Assembly: GCF_963921235.1 (NCBI RefSeq)
Contig: NC_086127.1
Location: forward strand, 6,944,001-7,008,000
DNA length: 64,000 nt
Direction: 5' to 3'
Source: Mobula hypostoma
Lineage: Eukaryota
How positions within the stretch are numbered: the first letter of the stretch is position 1; the number at the start of each line of letters is the position of its first letter. The notes below the pieces were generated by a model. The model did not search any database and was not told where the DNA came from. It was given only the letters and a program-made list of their open reading frames with translations. Below, in pieces: positions 50,812 to 64,000 of the stretch. A program made the translations under genes and the position numbers.

Positions 50812-53800
50812 GCGCCTCTTCCTATAGATGCTGCTTGGCCTGCTGCGTTCACCAGCAACTTTGATGTGTGTTGCCGGTAAGTTTTTTGTTCAGATTGTTT
50901 AGAGTAGAGAGAATGCCAGGCAGGATGTTGGAATGCTCCTCTTGCAGGATGTGGGAAGTCAGGGAGCCCTCCGGTGTCCCTGACAACGACACCTGCAGGA
51001 AGTGCATCCAACTGCAGCTCCTAACAAACCGCGTTAGGGAACTGGAGCAGGAGCTGGATGACCTGCGGATCATTCTGGAGAATGAGAAGATTATAGATAG
51101 TAGCTACAGGGAGGTAGTTACGCCAAAGGAGCAGAGGACAGGAAATTGGGTCACTGTCAGACGAGGGAATAGGAAAGGGCAGGCAGAGCAGGGTTCCCCT
51201 GTGGCCATTCCCCTCAACAACAAGTATACCGCATTGGATACTGTTAGGGGGGATGACTTACCTGGGACAACTGCAGTAGCCGGATCTCTGGTACTGAGTC
51301 TGGCTCTGCAGTGCAGAAGGGAGTGGGAAAAAAAGGAGAGCGGTAGTGATGGGGGACTCGATAGTTAGAGGTGCAGATAAGAGGTTCTGAGGTCGTGACA
51401 GAGAATCCAGGATGGTTTGTTGCCTCCTGGGTGCCAGGGTTAAGGATGTATCTGATCGCTTGCATGACATTCTGATGTGGGAGGGTGACCAGCCAGATAT
51501 CGTGGTGCACATTGGTACCAATGACAAGGCAAGGAAGAGTGAGGAGGTCCTGGAGAGTGAGTATAGAAAGCTTGGTAGGAAGTTGAAAAGCAGGACCTCA
51601 AGTGGGGCAATCTCAGGATTGCTACCTGTGTTACCTGCCAGTGAGGGTAAGAATCTGGAGAATGAACCAATAGCCGAGGAACTGGTGTAGGGGGCAGGGT
51701 TTCAGATTTTAGGATCACTGGGACCTCTTCTGGGGCAGGGGGGACCTGTACAAGAGAGACGGGTTACACTTGAACTACAGAGGGACCAATATCCTTTAAG
51801 GGAGGTTTGTTAATGCTATTGGGGAGGCTTTAAACTAGATTTGCAGGGAGATAGGAACCAGAATGCCAGAGCCGACAGTGTGGCTGTGGTGAAAATAAAT
51901 GATGTTAAAAGTTCAAGCAAATCCACTAATACAAAGGTTGTGAGTGGTGGTAAAAATCTTCTGAGGTGTATATATTTTAATGCTAGGAGTATTGCGGGGA
52001 AGGCGGATGAGTTGAGGGCGTGGATTGACACGTGGAATTATGACGTTGTAGCAATTAGTGAAACTTGGCTACAGGAGGGGCAGGACTGGCAGCTTAATAT
52101 TCCAGGGTTCCGATGTTTCAGATGTGATAGAGGCAGAGGAATGAAAGGTGGGGGAGTAGCATTGCTTGTCAGGGAAAATATTACAGCAGTGTTCAGGCAG
52201 GACAGATTAGAGGGCTTGTCTACTGAGTCCTTATGGGTGGAGCTGAGAAACAGGAAAGGTGTGGCTACATTAGTGGGATTGTATTACAGACCACCCAATA
52301 GTCAACGAGAATTGGAAGAGCAAATCTGCAGAGAGATAGCAGGCAACTGCAAGAAACATAAAGTTGTGGTGGTAGGGGATTTTAATTTTCCATATATTGA
52401 TTGGGACTCCCATACTGTTAGGGGTCAAGATGGTTTAGAGTTTGTAAAATGTGTTCAGGAAAGTTTTCTAAATCAATATATAGAGGGACCAACTAGAGGG
52501 GATGCAATATTGGATCTCCTGTTAGGCAACGAGTTAGGACAAGTGACGGAAGTCTGTGTAGGGGAGCACTTTGGTTCCAGTGATCATAACACCATTAGTT
52601 TCAACTTGGTCATGGACAAGGATAGATCTGGTCCTAGGGTTGAGGTTCTGAACTGGAAGAAGGCCAAATTTGAAGAAATGAGAACGGATCTAAAAAGCAT
52701 GGATTGGGACAGGTTGTTCTCTGGCAAAGATGTGATCGGTAGGTGGGAATCCTTCAAAGGAGAAATTTTGAGAGTGCAGAGTTTGTATGTTCCTGTCAGG
52801 AATAAAGGCAAACTGAGTAGGAATACGGAACCTTGGTTCTCAAGGGATATTGCAACGCTGATAAAGAAGAAGAGGGAGTTTTATGACATGTATAGGGAAC
52901 AGAGAGTAAGTAAGGTGCTTGAGGAGTATAAGAAGTGCAAGAAAATACTTAAGAAAGAAATCGGGAGAGCTAAAAGAAGACATGAGGTTGCCTTGGCAGT
53001 CAAAGTGAAGGATAATCGAAAGAGCTTTTACAGGTCTATTAAGATCAAAAGGATTGTAAGGGATAAAATTGGTCCTCTTGAAGATCAGAGTGGTCGGCTA
53101 TGTGCGGAACCAAAGGAAACGGGGGAGATCTTAAATAGGTTTCTTGCATCTGTATTTACTAAGGAAACTGGCATGAAGTCTATGCAATTAAGGGAAACAA
53201 GTAGTAAGATCATGGAAACTGTGCAGATTGTAAAGGAGGAGGTCCTTAATCCCCGGGACCTAACAGGGTGTTCCCTCGGACCTTGAAGGAGACTAGTGTT
53301 GAAATTGCAGGGGCCCTGGCAGAAATATTTAAAATGTCGCTGTCTACAGTTGAGGTGCCGGAGGATTGGAGAGTGGCTCATGTTGTTCCGTTGTTTAAAA
53401 AAGGATCGAAAAGTAATCCGGGAAATTATAGGCCAGTAAATTTAACGTCGGTAGTAGGTAAGTTATTGGAGGGAGTGCTAAGAGACAGAATTTACAAGCA
53501 TTTGGATAGACAGGGACTTATTCGGAAGAGTCAACATGGCCTTGTGCTTGGTGGGTCATGTTTGACCAATCTATTGGAGTTTTTTGAGGAGATTACCAGG
53601 AAGGTGGATGAAGGGAAGGCAGTGGATATTGTCTACATGGACTTCAGTAAGGTCTTTGACAAGGTCCCCCATGGGAAGTTAGTTAGGAAAATTCAGTCGC
53701 TAGGTATACACGGAGAGGTGGTAAATTGGACTAGACATTGGCTCAATGGAAGAAGCCAAAGAGTGGTAGTAGAGAATTGCTTCTCCGAGTGGAGGCCTCT

Positions 53801-55699
53801 GACTAGTGTTGTGCCACAGGGATCAGTGCTGGGTCCATTGTTATTTGTCCTCTATATCAATGATCTGGATGATAATGTGGTAAATTGGATCAGCAAATTT
53901 GCTGATGATGCAAAGATTGGAGGTGTAGTGGACAGTGAGGAAGTTTTTCAAAGCTTGCAGAGGGACTTGGACCAGCTGATGGAGTTAATACAGACAAGTG
54001 TGAGGTATTGCACGTTGGAAGGACAATCCAAGGTAGAACATACAGGGTTAATGGTAAGGCACTGAGGAGCGCAGTAGAACAGAGGAATCTGAGATACAGA
54101 TACAAAATTCCCTAAAAGTGTCGTCACAGATAGATAGGGCCGTAAAGAGAGCTTTTGGTACATTGGCCTTTATTAATCAAAGTATTGAGTATAAGAGCTG
54201 GAATGTTATGATGAATTTGTATAAGGCATTGGTGAGGCCGAATCTGGAGTATTGTGTTCAGTTTTGGTCACCAAATTACAGGAAGGATATAAATAAGGTT
54301 GAAAGAGTGCAGAGAAGGTTTACAAGGATGTTGCCGGGACTTGAGAAACTCAGTTACAGAGAAAGGTTAAATAGTTTAGGACTATTCCCTGGAGCGTAGA
54401 AGAATGAGGGGACATTTGATAGAGGGTATAGGTAGAGTGAATGCAAGCAGGCTTTTTCCACTGAGGCAAAGGGAGAAAAAAACCAGAGGACGTGGGTTAA
54501 GGGTGATGGGGGAAAAGTTTAAAGGGAACATTGGTGGGGGGGGGGGCTTCTTCACACAGAGAGTGGTGGGAGTATGGAATGAGCCGCCAGACGAGGTGGT
54601 AAATGCGGGTTGTTTTTTTAACATTTAAGAATAAATTGGACACATAAATGAATGGGAGGTGTATGGAGGGATATGGTCCGTGTGCAGGTCAGTGGGACTA
54701 GGCAGAAAATGGTTCGGCACAGCCAAGAAGGGCCAAAAGGCCTGTTTCTGTGCTGTAGTTTCTCTATGGTTTCTATGGTTTCTATCTCGCTGTGCTCTTT
54801 CACTCTATTGTCTGTCTGTATGAGAACATAACACCATATGGCATAGCTGTAGAATCAGGCCACTCGGCCGATCGATCCTGCTCCACCAATCCATCATGAC
54901 TGTTTTATTATCTCCCTCACACCCATTCTACTGCCTTCTCCCTGTAGCCTTTGATGACCTGAGTAATCAGGAACTTTTAAACCTTTGCTTTAAATGTACT
55001 TAATGACATGGCCTTCGCAGCCGTCTGTAGCAATTAATTCAACAGATTCAATAGTTAAGTAAGTGTTACTTTATCTCAAGCTCCTCAATGGATACTGGTG
55101 CTTTGCACACAACTAATGCAGAATAGCCTTTTCTCCAGAAGGCGCAACCACACCCTGCTCTAAGGAACCATATTATATGCATTCTACAACTTCCCTCTTT
55201 TGGGATTCAGCATCCTACCTGATTTTCCTAACCGACCTGATATTGAATTCCCGCATACCTATCGGAAGTTTGGCCTTCATACATGCATTTTCTACCTCTC
55301 GTTGTAATTTATATCATACATCCTGATTACTGTTCGGAGGTCTACTCTACCCACACCTTTGGACCCTGTGTCACTGCTTTCTAAGGATATAATCCGATAG
55401 ACCACCCCAGTACCTCTCCTTATCTGCCAGACCTTTCGACAGAATGTGCATTGTTGCAACTTCTCATGAGGAATGATATCCCCTTCACAAGCCATGCTGA
55501 ATATCTTTATTCAATGCTGTTTACAAATGCTGATAAATCCTATTTTGAAGACTCTACTCCAGTAATTTTCCCAAAATTGAAATAAGACCCTACTTATCTG
55601 GTACTACGCACACCCCCACTTCCTCATCCTCCGACTCTGTATCATATTCAGAAGTGGGGTCCGGTCTGTTCATTCCCGCTGTTGTTCCTCTTACTGGGT

Positions 55700-56990
55700 G
55701 AAGGGTCCAGGTGAGGCTCTGGGTCAACACGTACTACTTGTCCAAGGTATTGAAGGTGGTTCCGATGGAAATCCTTGACAGGCCCATTCCCACTTTGGTT
55801 TCACCCGGAAAACTGGTACGTTTGGCTTCTGACTCTCCACTTACCGCCCAGCTGTTCCCAAAGTTATCCTTCCCAGGTAGTCCCACCGCCCAGCAGTTCG
55901 CCAACATATCCTTGCCAGGTAGTCTCAAATTCTTTATGATGTCTCGGTCATTAGTTGGGATTACCTAACCTCTCTATCACTCCGCCTGTTATTTCCTTGA
56001 TTCAGCTCGGTAGACGAGACCTCAGATAGTTCATATACCTTTATGCAGCTCTCTTCTAATATCAAACACATACTTTAGATAAGTCTTCTGCTGTACATCT
56101 TCCTGGCCAGTCCCAAAACAGAGGTCAATGGGCGACCTCGCTTCGCGCCCAAACTCAGATAATACGGCGAATACGCGGTTACTTCATTTTGTGTACAGTT
56201 GTAGTAGTGGACCAGACTCTACGTTCTTTTTTGCTAATCTCCAAGGTTCCGAGCATGTCTGCAAGGTCCGATTGAACCTCTAGGGCCGGAGATCACCCTC
56301 AGGATGATAAGGCGTCGACCTCGACTTCTCAACTCCAAGCATGCTCAGTAACTCATGTATGAGCTGCTCTCGAAACAACGTCTCTGATCTGGGGAGGCCA
56401 TAGTAAACGGAATATTTCTGCCATAACAGTTTGGCCATGCTGGACGCCCTCTAATCCTTGGTAGGAAAGAATTCCGCAATAATCAAGATATTCTCAATGT
56501 TGCTGGCATCGGGCTCCATACACCCCAGATCAAATGGACCTGCACTCTGCGTGTGGGAGAATGGAGCGGCCCTACACCTCGAAGGCAGGACTTCAGTAAC
56601 TATCGAATTCCGCTATACTATATTCGGGGCTAGTAGAACCGCGCTCCCTGCAATCCAGAGTTCTTGTCAACCCCCAAATAGCCGGAATCATCATGAGGTG
56701 ACCTCAAATCAATCCTCCAATATTTCTCAGGCAGAACCAGCTGGGAATGCCGAGGCCTGTCTGGGGGAGATGTGACCCGGTGGAGGATCTGGTTTCTCAG
56801 CTCCAACTTGGGCCATTCTTTCAGTAGGAGAGACACTGCGGTATTTCATCTTGTCCGCCTGGGCAATGTCCCCTTTCGTAACCGCTGTTCGGCTGCCACT
56901 TCCCCAGGACTTAATTCCAGCAAATGTTTTCTCTTCAGAGCAGACAGGTTACTTGTGCAATGCCGCCATCGGAATTCCCAAACGATCTGC
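55700..56990 (-). mobile_element. Gypsy-type integrase remnant
   Basis: QLVLPEKY...HDDSGYLGVDK (H2C2 region) and FPTKD*RASSMAKLLWQKYSVYYGLP...ELLSMLGVEKSRSTPYHPEGD (core). Confidence 0.8.
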
Positions 56991-58625
56991 AGCTCGATTC
57001 TGCCCTTGCCTTTCCTCTACCTTCCACGTAAGGGAAGGCAGGTCTGTTGCTTTGACTTCAGGCGCAGGAACTCTCTCTCATTCTCCGTCGCTGACCAACC
57101 CTTCATGCAAGAAGACCGGTGGGAGTGCTGGGAAATAATGCTGCAGAGGTTGTAATTGGGGAGAAAAGTGGCAGACGGACTTAATACGCACCTTGCATCA
57201 GCATTCACTGTGCGAAAAAACGACCCTTGCGAACTGCCCACAAAGTGGCCTCAGAACATATTGTGCGCCGATGTCAACGACTGATTTACCGTATGCTTCA
57301 ATATATCTGGGACAAGTAGAACCTAGAACACCGAACACGACATCTGGGGAACTGGCCCCTCGGAACACCTTATTGTGCCGAGTCAATTAAACTTGTAATC
57401 AAATGCTGTGAACTAATTCGCTCTCCCTACGCAATCTCCATATCCTTCCCTTCCCTTCTAATTGAGTCAACATCCTAGTATAGTTCCTCTGTGCACCCTC
57501 CAAAGTCTGGACAGCCTTCCGGTCATTTTTAATTTGCCCTTCACACCTTCCCTCCCAGGCTAAAGTTGGAGGTAATTGCTTGCAGTCCCCCTGTTCCGTC
57601 TGACCGCCCCCTCCCCGGTGCTGAGGAGTAAGGAGTTCCGGTGCTCAGACCCAGTGACGAAGGGTCAGATAGGATTCATCTCTGGGTCCTAATGCAGCGT
57701 GACGAGAAGGGACCTGCGCATGGCTGTGCCTGAAGAATGTGATTTGTGCCGGGAACTGACTGGTAATTGGAGGCTCAGATTAAGACGGTGAGCTATGATC
57801 CGCTGCTGGGAGGTTGCCCGGAGACGGGCCATCAGGGTAAATGAACAGATGCAGCTGACGTAGAGAGGGGTGTGGGGTGCCCGACGGGACGGTACAGTGC
57901 CGTTCACGATCCCATTACCCGATAAACCGCAGTGGGCCACAGGACATCATATCCCAGGCAATAACTGGAAACAGGAACACATTGAGAGAAATGAACAGCT
58001 CAATTCCAGCACCGGAATCAGGTATCACACACATTTCACAGATCCATGGCTCATCAGAAGGGAGCCGGCGCAGGACACGGGCTTGCAGTTCAAAAGCACC
58101 AGTGTAACAGGGAGCGACGCACCGAGGGGTGGGGTGGGGGTGTTGGTTGAAAGCTATGTTGGTGTGGGATTCTGAGCTGCAGCGATAGGAAGTGATGCGG
58201 GCATCAGGAAGGTACGCAGAGCTTGGATGAAAGACGGGTCTGTGTAGGTTGCACTGGGCAGAAGTGTGTCCCATGGACAGAGGCGTGGGAAGGTGGACGA
58301 GGCCATAGGATTGGTGAGTGGAGACAGTCTGAGGAGCGGGAGAAGCGCTCTGGGTTGCGAAAGTTGATGTTACTGGGGTAGGATTGGGACTAAAAACAGG
58401 ACGTCGCACCGTAGAAAACGTGTCTGAGGAGTGGAGATACTGGGAAGTGTACTCTATCAGATACATTGCGCTTCGTGTGGCGAGAGCGCATGCGGCCGAC
58501 CGATGACGTGTTGAATTGGTTGGTTCTCCGACGTGCAGGAGTTACTCTCTTTATGGTTCGACTTTTTGACAGCGAATTTCCTTCGACAAAGGAGCGCGGT
58601 TCGTAGATTTCGTACTGTATGTTAC

Positions 58626-59111
58626 CCAGCGTCTACCGTTATCTGAGGAAAGACATTCTTGCCATACAGGGAGTACGAAGAAGGTTCACCAGATTGATTC
58701 CTGGGATGGCAGGAATTTCATATGATGAAAGACTGGATCGACTAGGCTTATACTCGCTGGAGTTTAGAAGATTGAGGGGGGATCTTATTGAAACGTATAA
58801 AATTCTAAAGGGGTCACAGTTTAAGGATAAAGGGGCAGCCTTTTAGGACCGAGTGAGGAAAAGTCTCTTCACACAGAGAGTGGTGAATCTGTGGAGTTCT
58901 CTACCACAGGAAACAGTTGAGGCCAGTTCATTGGCTATATTTAAGAGGGAGTTAGATATGGCCCTTGTGGCTAAAGGGATCGGAGGTATGGAGAGAAGGC
59001 AGGTAGAGGGTTCTGAGTTGGATGATCAGCCATGATCATACTGAATGGCGGTCGTGGCTCGAAGGGCCGAATGACCTACACCTGCACCTATTTTCTATGT
59101 TGCTATGTTTC
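58626..59111 (+). mobile_element. CR1 3' fragment
   Basis: RRFTRLIPGM..SYDERLDRLGLYSLEFRRLRGDLIETYKI; TTCTATG tail; flanked by TATGTTAC at 58618-58625 and 59112-59119. Confidence 0.85.
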
Positions 59112-60726
59112 TATGTTACTGACGTGACAAAGCGCAAATGTTTCTTTCTACCATCCCGTTGGCGTTCTCTTCACTGGATACGTAGCAAGGCGAAACTGGA
59201 TTTACGCGGGTCAGATGGGAGAGGTGGAGTAGGTGGAGGAATGTGAAGTTGGGGAGGGAAGCGAGGCAGCCAAGGCACAGACGGAGGCGAAACAGACCAG
59301 GGCGGAGGCTGGGCTGACGAGGGAGCAAGCTGGGCAAGGAATCGGGACAGAGCGACAGATGTAGGGCTGTGGAAGGAATGGAACTATGCTCAGATCTTAC
59401 CTTTCGGTCAAGTCAACCTCGACGACAAGCGAGGCAACCAGAAGAAACACAGGAAGCATGGTCACCTTTTGGGAAATAGGATCAGTCATTACCCAGCATT
59501 TCCCATGGGAAAAGGACCATTCACAGGGCTGTACAACAAGCAAACGTTTCGACCCGCTGAAACCATTTTATTACCCAATATCTGACTAGAAGGACGCAAC
59601 TTCAGAATGTTCGTCTCGATAGTGGGATGGTCTCTTCATCCACGCACTGTTGCACCCAGCACCCTCTGCAGCGCATTCTAGGTTCCAGCACCCCCAGCAC
59701 TTTCTAGCTGAAAGTGGTCACTCCAAAATTTGTAAATGAGGTGAATTATTTGAGGCGATCCACTGGATCTAAAGTGTCAGAATTTCCTCTTCCCACAGAT
59801 GCTGTCTGACGTTAATATTATTTATTCCAATTTACAGACTTCTCGTCCCCAAGCTGTACTGTTCGACAAAGCAAGACATCAAGTCATAAGTCAATGACAA
59901 TAAATCTCATTCAGAGTTTGTCTGGTGATGGCAGAGCCGATCTATGATTCACATCCCGTGAGTCAGGGAAAACATTATCTCTGTCTTCAGCCTTTGAGCC
60001 ATTGTCCATTGATCAATCAATCTATCTATCTATCTACCTATACTGCGGGGCATTTGCCAAAACGCCGCACACAATTAGAATACACCTTTCTAATTTCTGT
60101 AGTCAAGCTGCCAGGGAATATAAACCGGCACCACCTGTGCAGTGAGTCGGCGATTCTTTCCCCCAGGGTTCGAGCACAGCTTCAGAACTGGACATCACCA
60201 CCAACAGATTTCTACTCATTCAATAATGACTCCCCTCTGCTCCAAAGTAGATGCCGACATTTATTCACACGATATTCCACCTGCCACTTTGAACCCTCTC
60301 ATTCCAACTGCACCATATCCGCTTCAGAGACCCATGCCCTGCACGGAACTCATAACAACACCCTACTGAGTGTTGTCGGAGAGAACGAAAATATGCCCTC
60401 TGACGCCCCCTTCTTTTAATCATCCAACGTCGCTGCGACCTCAGCACCACTGACGGAGATTTCCTACTACCAACAGCGAGAGATAAATTTTGTCCCATTA
60501 CTTCTAGTGCAATCATTTACTGAGCCTTCGCCTTTAACCTCACCAACACCCCTCGCACGGTGTTTTTTCTGATACTGAGTTCCTTTGGGTGGGATGAAGA
60601 CAACATGAGAGGGTGGAGGGCGAGTTGGATATGTATATTCCAGACATATATATGCTCCAGACCAGACAGAGAACGAGAGATGGAAGTGAGTGAGAGATAG
60701 CGAGAATGTCAGAGTGGGAGATGGAA

Positions 60727-60729
60727 GAA

Positions 60730-60783
<54 letters not shown>
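60727..60783 (+). repeat. (GA)n microsatellite
   Basis: Direct observation. Confidence 0.95.
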
Positions 60784-60785
<2 letters not shown>

Positions 60786-60789
60786 GATG

Positions 60790-60995
60790 ATGCAATCTTT
60801 TACTTTTTAAATAATAATATGATCTTCCATTTTCCCTACCAAAGCGGATAACCTTGCATTTATCAATATCGCGCTCCATCTTCCAAACCCTTGCCCACTC
60901 ACTGACCCTATCTATATATCTCTGCACACTTTCCATATCCTCTGTACAACTTGCTTTTCCACTCAATTTAGTGTCATCAGCAAGCTTAGATACCG
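60790..60995 (-). mobile_element. CR1 RT fragment
   Basis: SKLADDTKL...QRYIDRVSEWARVWKM...KCKVI.FG. Confidence 0.75.
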
Positions 60996-61029
60996 TTTAT
61001 CCATATACTGACTGATATATCCCAGCCTT

Positions 61030-61670
61030 TCTCTCCAGTATCAATATCTCTGAGGATATATCCTGGACCCAACATATCGATGCACACCGATGCAAAGAAA
61101 GCACGACAGCGTCTATATTTCATTTGGAGTTTGAGAAGAATTATTATGTCACCAAAGACACTCGCAAACTTCTACAGATGCAGAGTGGTGTGCATTCTAA
61201 CTGGCCGCATCACCCTCCGGTATGGGGATGGGAAGGGTGGTGCTACCGCATAGGATTGTTAAAAGCTGCAGAGAATTCTAAATTGGTTCAGCCCCATCAC
61301 GGACGTCTTCAAGGAGCGATGCCACAGGAAGGCGACAGCTATCATTAATGACCCCCAGCACCCAGGACATGCCCTGTTGTCATGGTTGCCATCAGACTGA
61401 AGCCTGAAGTCACACACTCAGCGATTAGGCAACAGCTTCTTCCCCTCTGCCATCCGATTCCTAAATGGACATTGAACCAATGAACACTACCTCAATTTTA
61501 CTATTTCTGTTTTTGTACGATTTTAATTTAACTGCTTTATACGCAGATATATACTTACTGTGACTGGTTTACCTTTTATCTGTATTATGTATTGCATTGT
61601 ACTGCTGCCGCTCAGTGAACAGTTTTCACTACATATGCCGTTTATATTAAAACGGATTCTGATTCTGTCC
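61030..61670 (+). mobile_element. Degenerate Rex1/Babar 3' fragment
   Basis: ISEDISW, KKARQRLYF, DPQHPGHAL, NSFFPSAIRFLN; (ATTCTG)n tail. Confidence 0.75.
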
Positions 61671-61689
61671 TCTTACTTAGGGGAGACCT

Positions 61690-62700
61690 ATACATTGAAC
61701 AGTGTCACTCAGTCCCCCTCTCTCTGTCGGGGCCGACCAGTGTCTCTCAGTCCCTCTCTCTCAGGGGATACCTGTATACTAACCAGTGTCACTGAGTCCC
61801 TCTCTCTCAGGGGGATATCTGTATACTGACTGGTATCTCAGTCTCTCTCTCTCAGGGGAAAGTCTGTACACTGACCGGTGTCTCTCAGTCCCTCTCTCAC
61901 ATAGGGATATCTGTACACTGACCAGTGTCTCTCAGTCCCTCTCTCAGGGGATATCTGTATACTGACTGGTATCTCAGTCTCTCTCTCTCAGGGGAAAGTC
62001 TGTACACTGACCGGTGTCTCTCAGTCCTTCTCTCTCAGGAGGATATCTGTACACTGAACGGTGTCTCTCAGTCCCTCTCTCTCAGGGTAACATCTGTATA
62101 CTGATCAATGTCTCTCAGTTCCCCTCTCACAGAATGAGATCTGTACAGTTACCTTTGATTCTTAGCCCGCTCTCAGCGGGATATCAGTACGTTGACTTAG
62201 TCCCTCTCTCCGGTGCCTCTCAGCCTCTCTCTCGGAGAAATACTCGTACAATCAAACTCTCTACACCCTTGGGGTATATCCATAAACATACCATTGTCTT
62301 TCAGTCTCTCTGTCTCACACAGCATTTCACTACACTGACTGGTGTCTCACGGTCTTTTCTCTCTCTCAGATGGATATCTGTACCCTGACTGGGGTTTCTC
62401 AGTCTCTCTCCGAGGGTATATCCATTTACTGAACGGTGTCTCTCAATGCTTCACTCTCTCTCAGGAAAGATCTGTACTCTGGCCATTCTCTCTCAATCCC
62501 TCTCTCTCAGTGCATTTCCATACACTGACCCTTGTCTCCCAGACTTTCGTTCTCCCCGCGGGGTATCTGTACATTGATCTGCACACTGACCAGGTTCTCT
62601 CAGTCCCTCTCTCGTAGGGATGAATCCACACTTTCACTGGTGTCTCTCAGTCTCTTTCTTTCCCAGCCGGAGATTTATACACTGACTGGTGTCTCTCTGT
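61690..62700 (+). repeat. Minisatellite, about 44-bp unit ctgtacactgaccggtgtctctcagtccctctctctcaggggatat
   Basis: About 10 well-preserved units to 62150, decaying after that. Confidence 0.9.
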
Positions 62701-63839
62701 CGTTGTCATAGCAGTTACATTGTCCAAGGAGAAGATCGATTGGTAGTTTTCATTTTGCTTAACATTCATTCTATCTCTTTCACTCTCTCTCACTTCCCCC
62801 AAGTCAGACTCTAGTTCTACCATCTTTGCCAAGACTATTGAGCGGGTTGTTGTGGAGAGTCTCCGAGAGTCTATGAGCTGAAGGGGTGGGGGCAGTTCAA
62901 GTTGATGGTAGTCTTTGCCTTCCCCTTGGTTTGTGTATCAGTGGTCTGTCTGTCCGTGTCTCTCTCACCGTCGTTCTCTACATATCTTTCTCAGTGTCTC
63001 TATCTCACTCACTCTTGATATTTCTGCTTCCTAAATATTTCTTCAGCTCCCGCTCTCTTTAAACATGTTTCTGAGCTCCTCTGTCTTTCTACCTCTCGGC
63101 GTTTCCCCTTTTCCCTCTCACTATCTCCCTGTCCCTCTTGGTGTCTCTCTATCTCCCTGCATGTCAATGTTTTACTTTCTTGATATCTTCCCCATTCAAT
63201 ATTACACCCCTCTTATCTCTCGGTACATTTCTCTGCCTCACTCCTCCCTATCTCTATCTGTCGCCGTCTCTTTCTCACTCATCCTCTCTCAGGTACAGTG
63301 GTACAAAGTGAGATAAGTAACACGCCCCCTCTCCTTTTCTCCCGCAGACAGCTATTCGCCTCATGAGGGGAAAAACGTTCTATGGTGATGGTAGGGGAGT
63401 GTTTGGGGGCAAACGGAGCTCAGGAGCCGGAGGTATAAGTTCATCTGGGGTGAGGGTGCCTTTCATAACATATGAGCATTAGTAACGGGAGCAGGAGTCA
63501 GTCGGGATCAAAATCAGAATCAGACATTACAGGCCCTATGATGTTATGCCGAAAGTTTAATCTACTCCAAGATCAATTTCACCCTTTTCTCCCACAAAGT
63601 CCTCAGTTTCCTGTCATCCATGTGCATATCTAGGAAACGTCCGTCTTCTATTAGTCTCTATCACCACCCGTAGCACATTCCACGGACGTTCCACGCTCTG
63701 CGTGAAAAACAACTATCCAATCACCTTTAAATGCCGTCCTCCCCTATTTGCCATTTCCAAGCCTGGTTGTCCATTCTGTGTACGCCTCTTGTCATCTTGT
63801 ACATTTCAATCAAGGCACCTCTCATCCTGCTGACCTGTT

Positions 63840-63846
<7 letters not shown>

Positions 63847-63886
<40 letters not shown>
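63847..63886 (+). repeat. (CT)n microsatellite
   Basis: Direct observation. Confidence 0.95.
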
Positions 63887-63891
<5 letters not shown>

Positions 63892-64000
63892 CTCTCCTCC
63901 CATCTCCTCTCCCCCTCTCTCCCTCTCACCTCTCATTCTGTACTGTCTCCTCTCGCTCGCTTTCTCTCCTCTCCCTCCCCCTGTCTCCGTCTTTCTTACT

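Larger units (their letters stand above)
49509..50873 (-). mobile_element. Young 5'-truncated Penelope-like element with GIY-YIG endonuclease and inverted pLTR
   Basis: ORF 49945..50271 GVIYCVRCSRCGLLYIGETRRRLGDRFAEH...GMN; inverted arms 49551-49918 and 50510-50873; 14-bp TSD CCGGTAAGTTTTTT at 49495-49508 and 50874-50887. Confidence 0.93.
49257..54785 (+). mobile_element. Near full-length, disabled CR1 LINE: 5' UTR, ORF1 (Zn finger, coiled coil, SGNH esterase), ORF2 (APE endonuclease plus RT), (TTCTATGG)n-type tail
   Basis: CSSC..CRKC, GDSIVRG, HIGTND, DGLHLN; YFNARS, ISETWL, GDFN, SDHN; PQGSVLGP, FADD; stop in ORF1 and frameshifting deletions near 53250 and 53980; 5' boundary approximate. 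Confidence 0.93.

Noticed and set aside
57915-58466. 183-aa minus-strand ORF
   Set aside because: Low-complexity S/T/P-rich sequence with no domain or splice support.
61690-62700. Regularly spaced repeats resembling a CRISPR array
   Set aside because: Head-to-tail minisatellite with no unique spacers, in a eukaryotic context with no cas genes.

Overview
Eukaryotic, repeat-rich vertebrate DNA. The repeat repertoire (CR1, Rex1/Babar, R4/Dong, Hero, Penelope-like, Gypsy) suggests a cartilaginous fish, possibly a ray; this is an inference. The host content is a tandem, same-strand cluster of two-exon class A GPCR genes of the GPR139-like type. Three look intact (6677-8260, 21647-23951, 38532-40854), one is a recent duplicate with a C-terminal frameshift (1046-3317), and one is a 5'-deleted pseudogene (24980-25340). 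The short first exons are not resolved in the ORF track and were reconstructed from splice sites. Positions 1-4843 are a near-identical segmental duplicate of 37493-42337. The rest is mostly nested retroelements, several with clear target-site duplications (TSDs): Penelope-like elements with minimal hammerhead ribozymes, three related solo LTRs, a Gmr1-like Gypsy element, a near full-length CR1 and mini/microsatellites. The best candidate for an under-described system is the receptor array itself, which has chemoreceptor-like architecture, birth-and-death turnover and a same-orientation CTCF-like motif in three introns.
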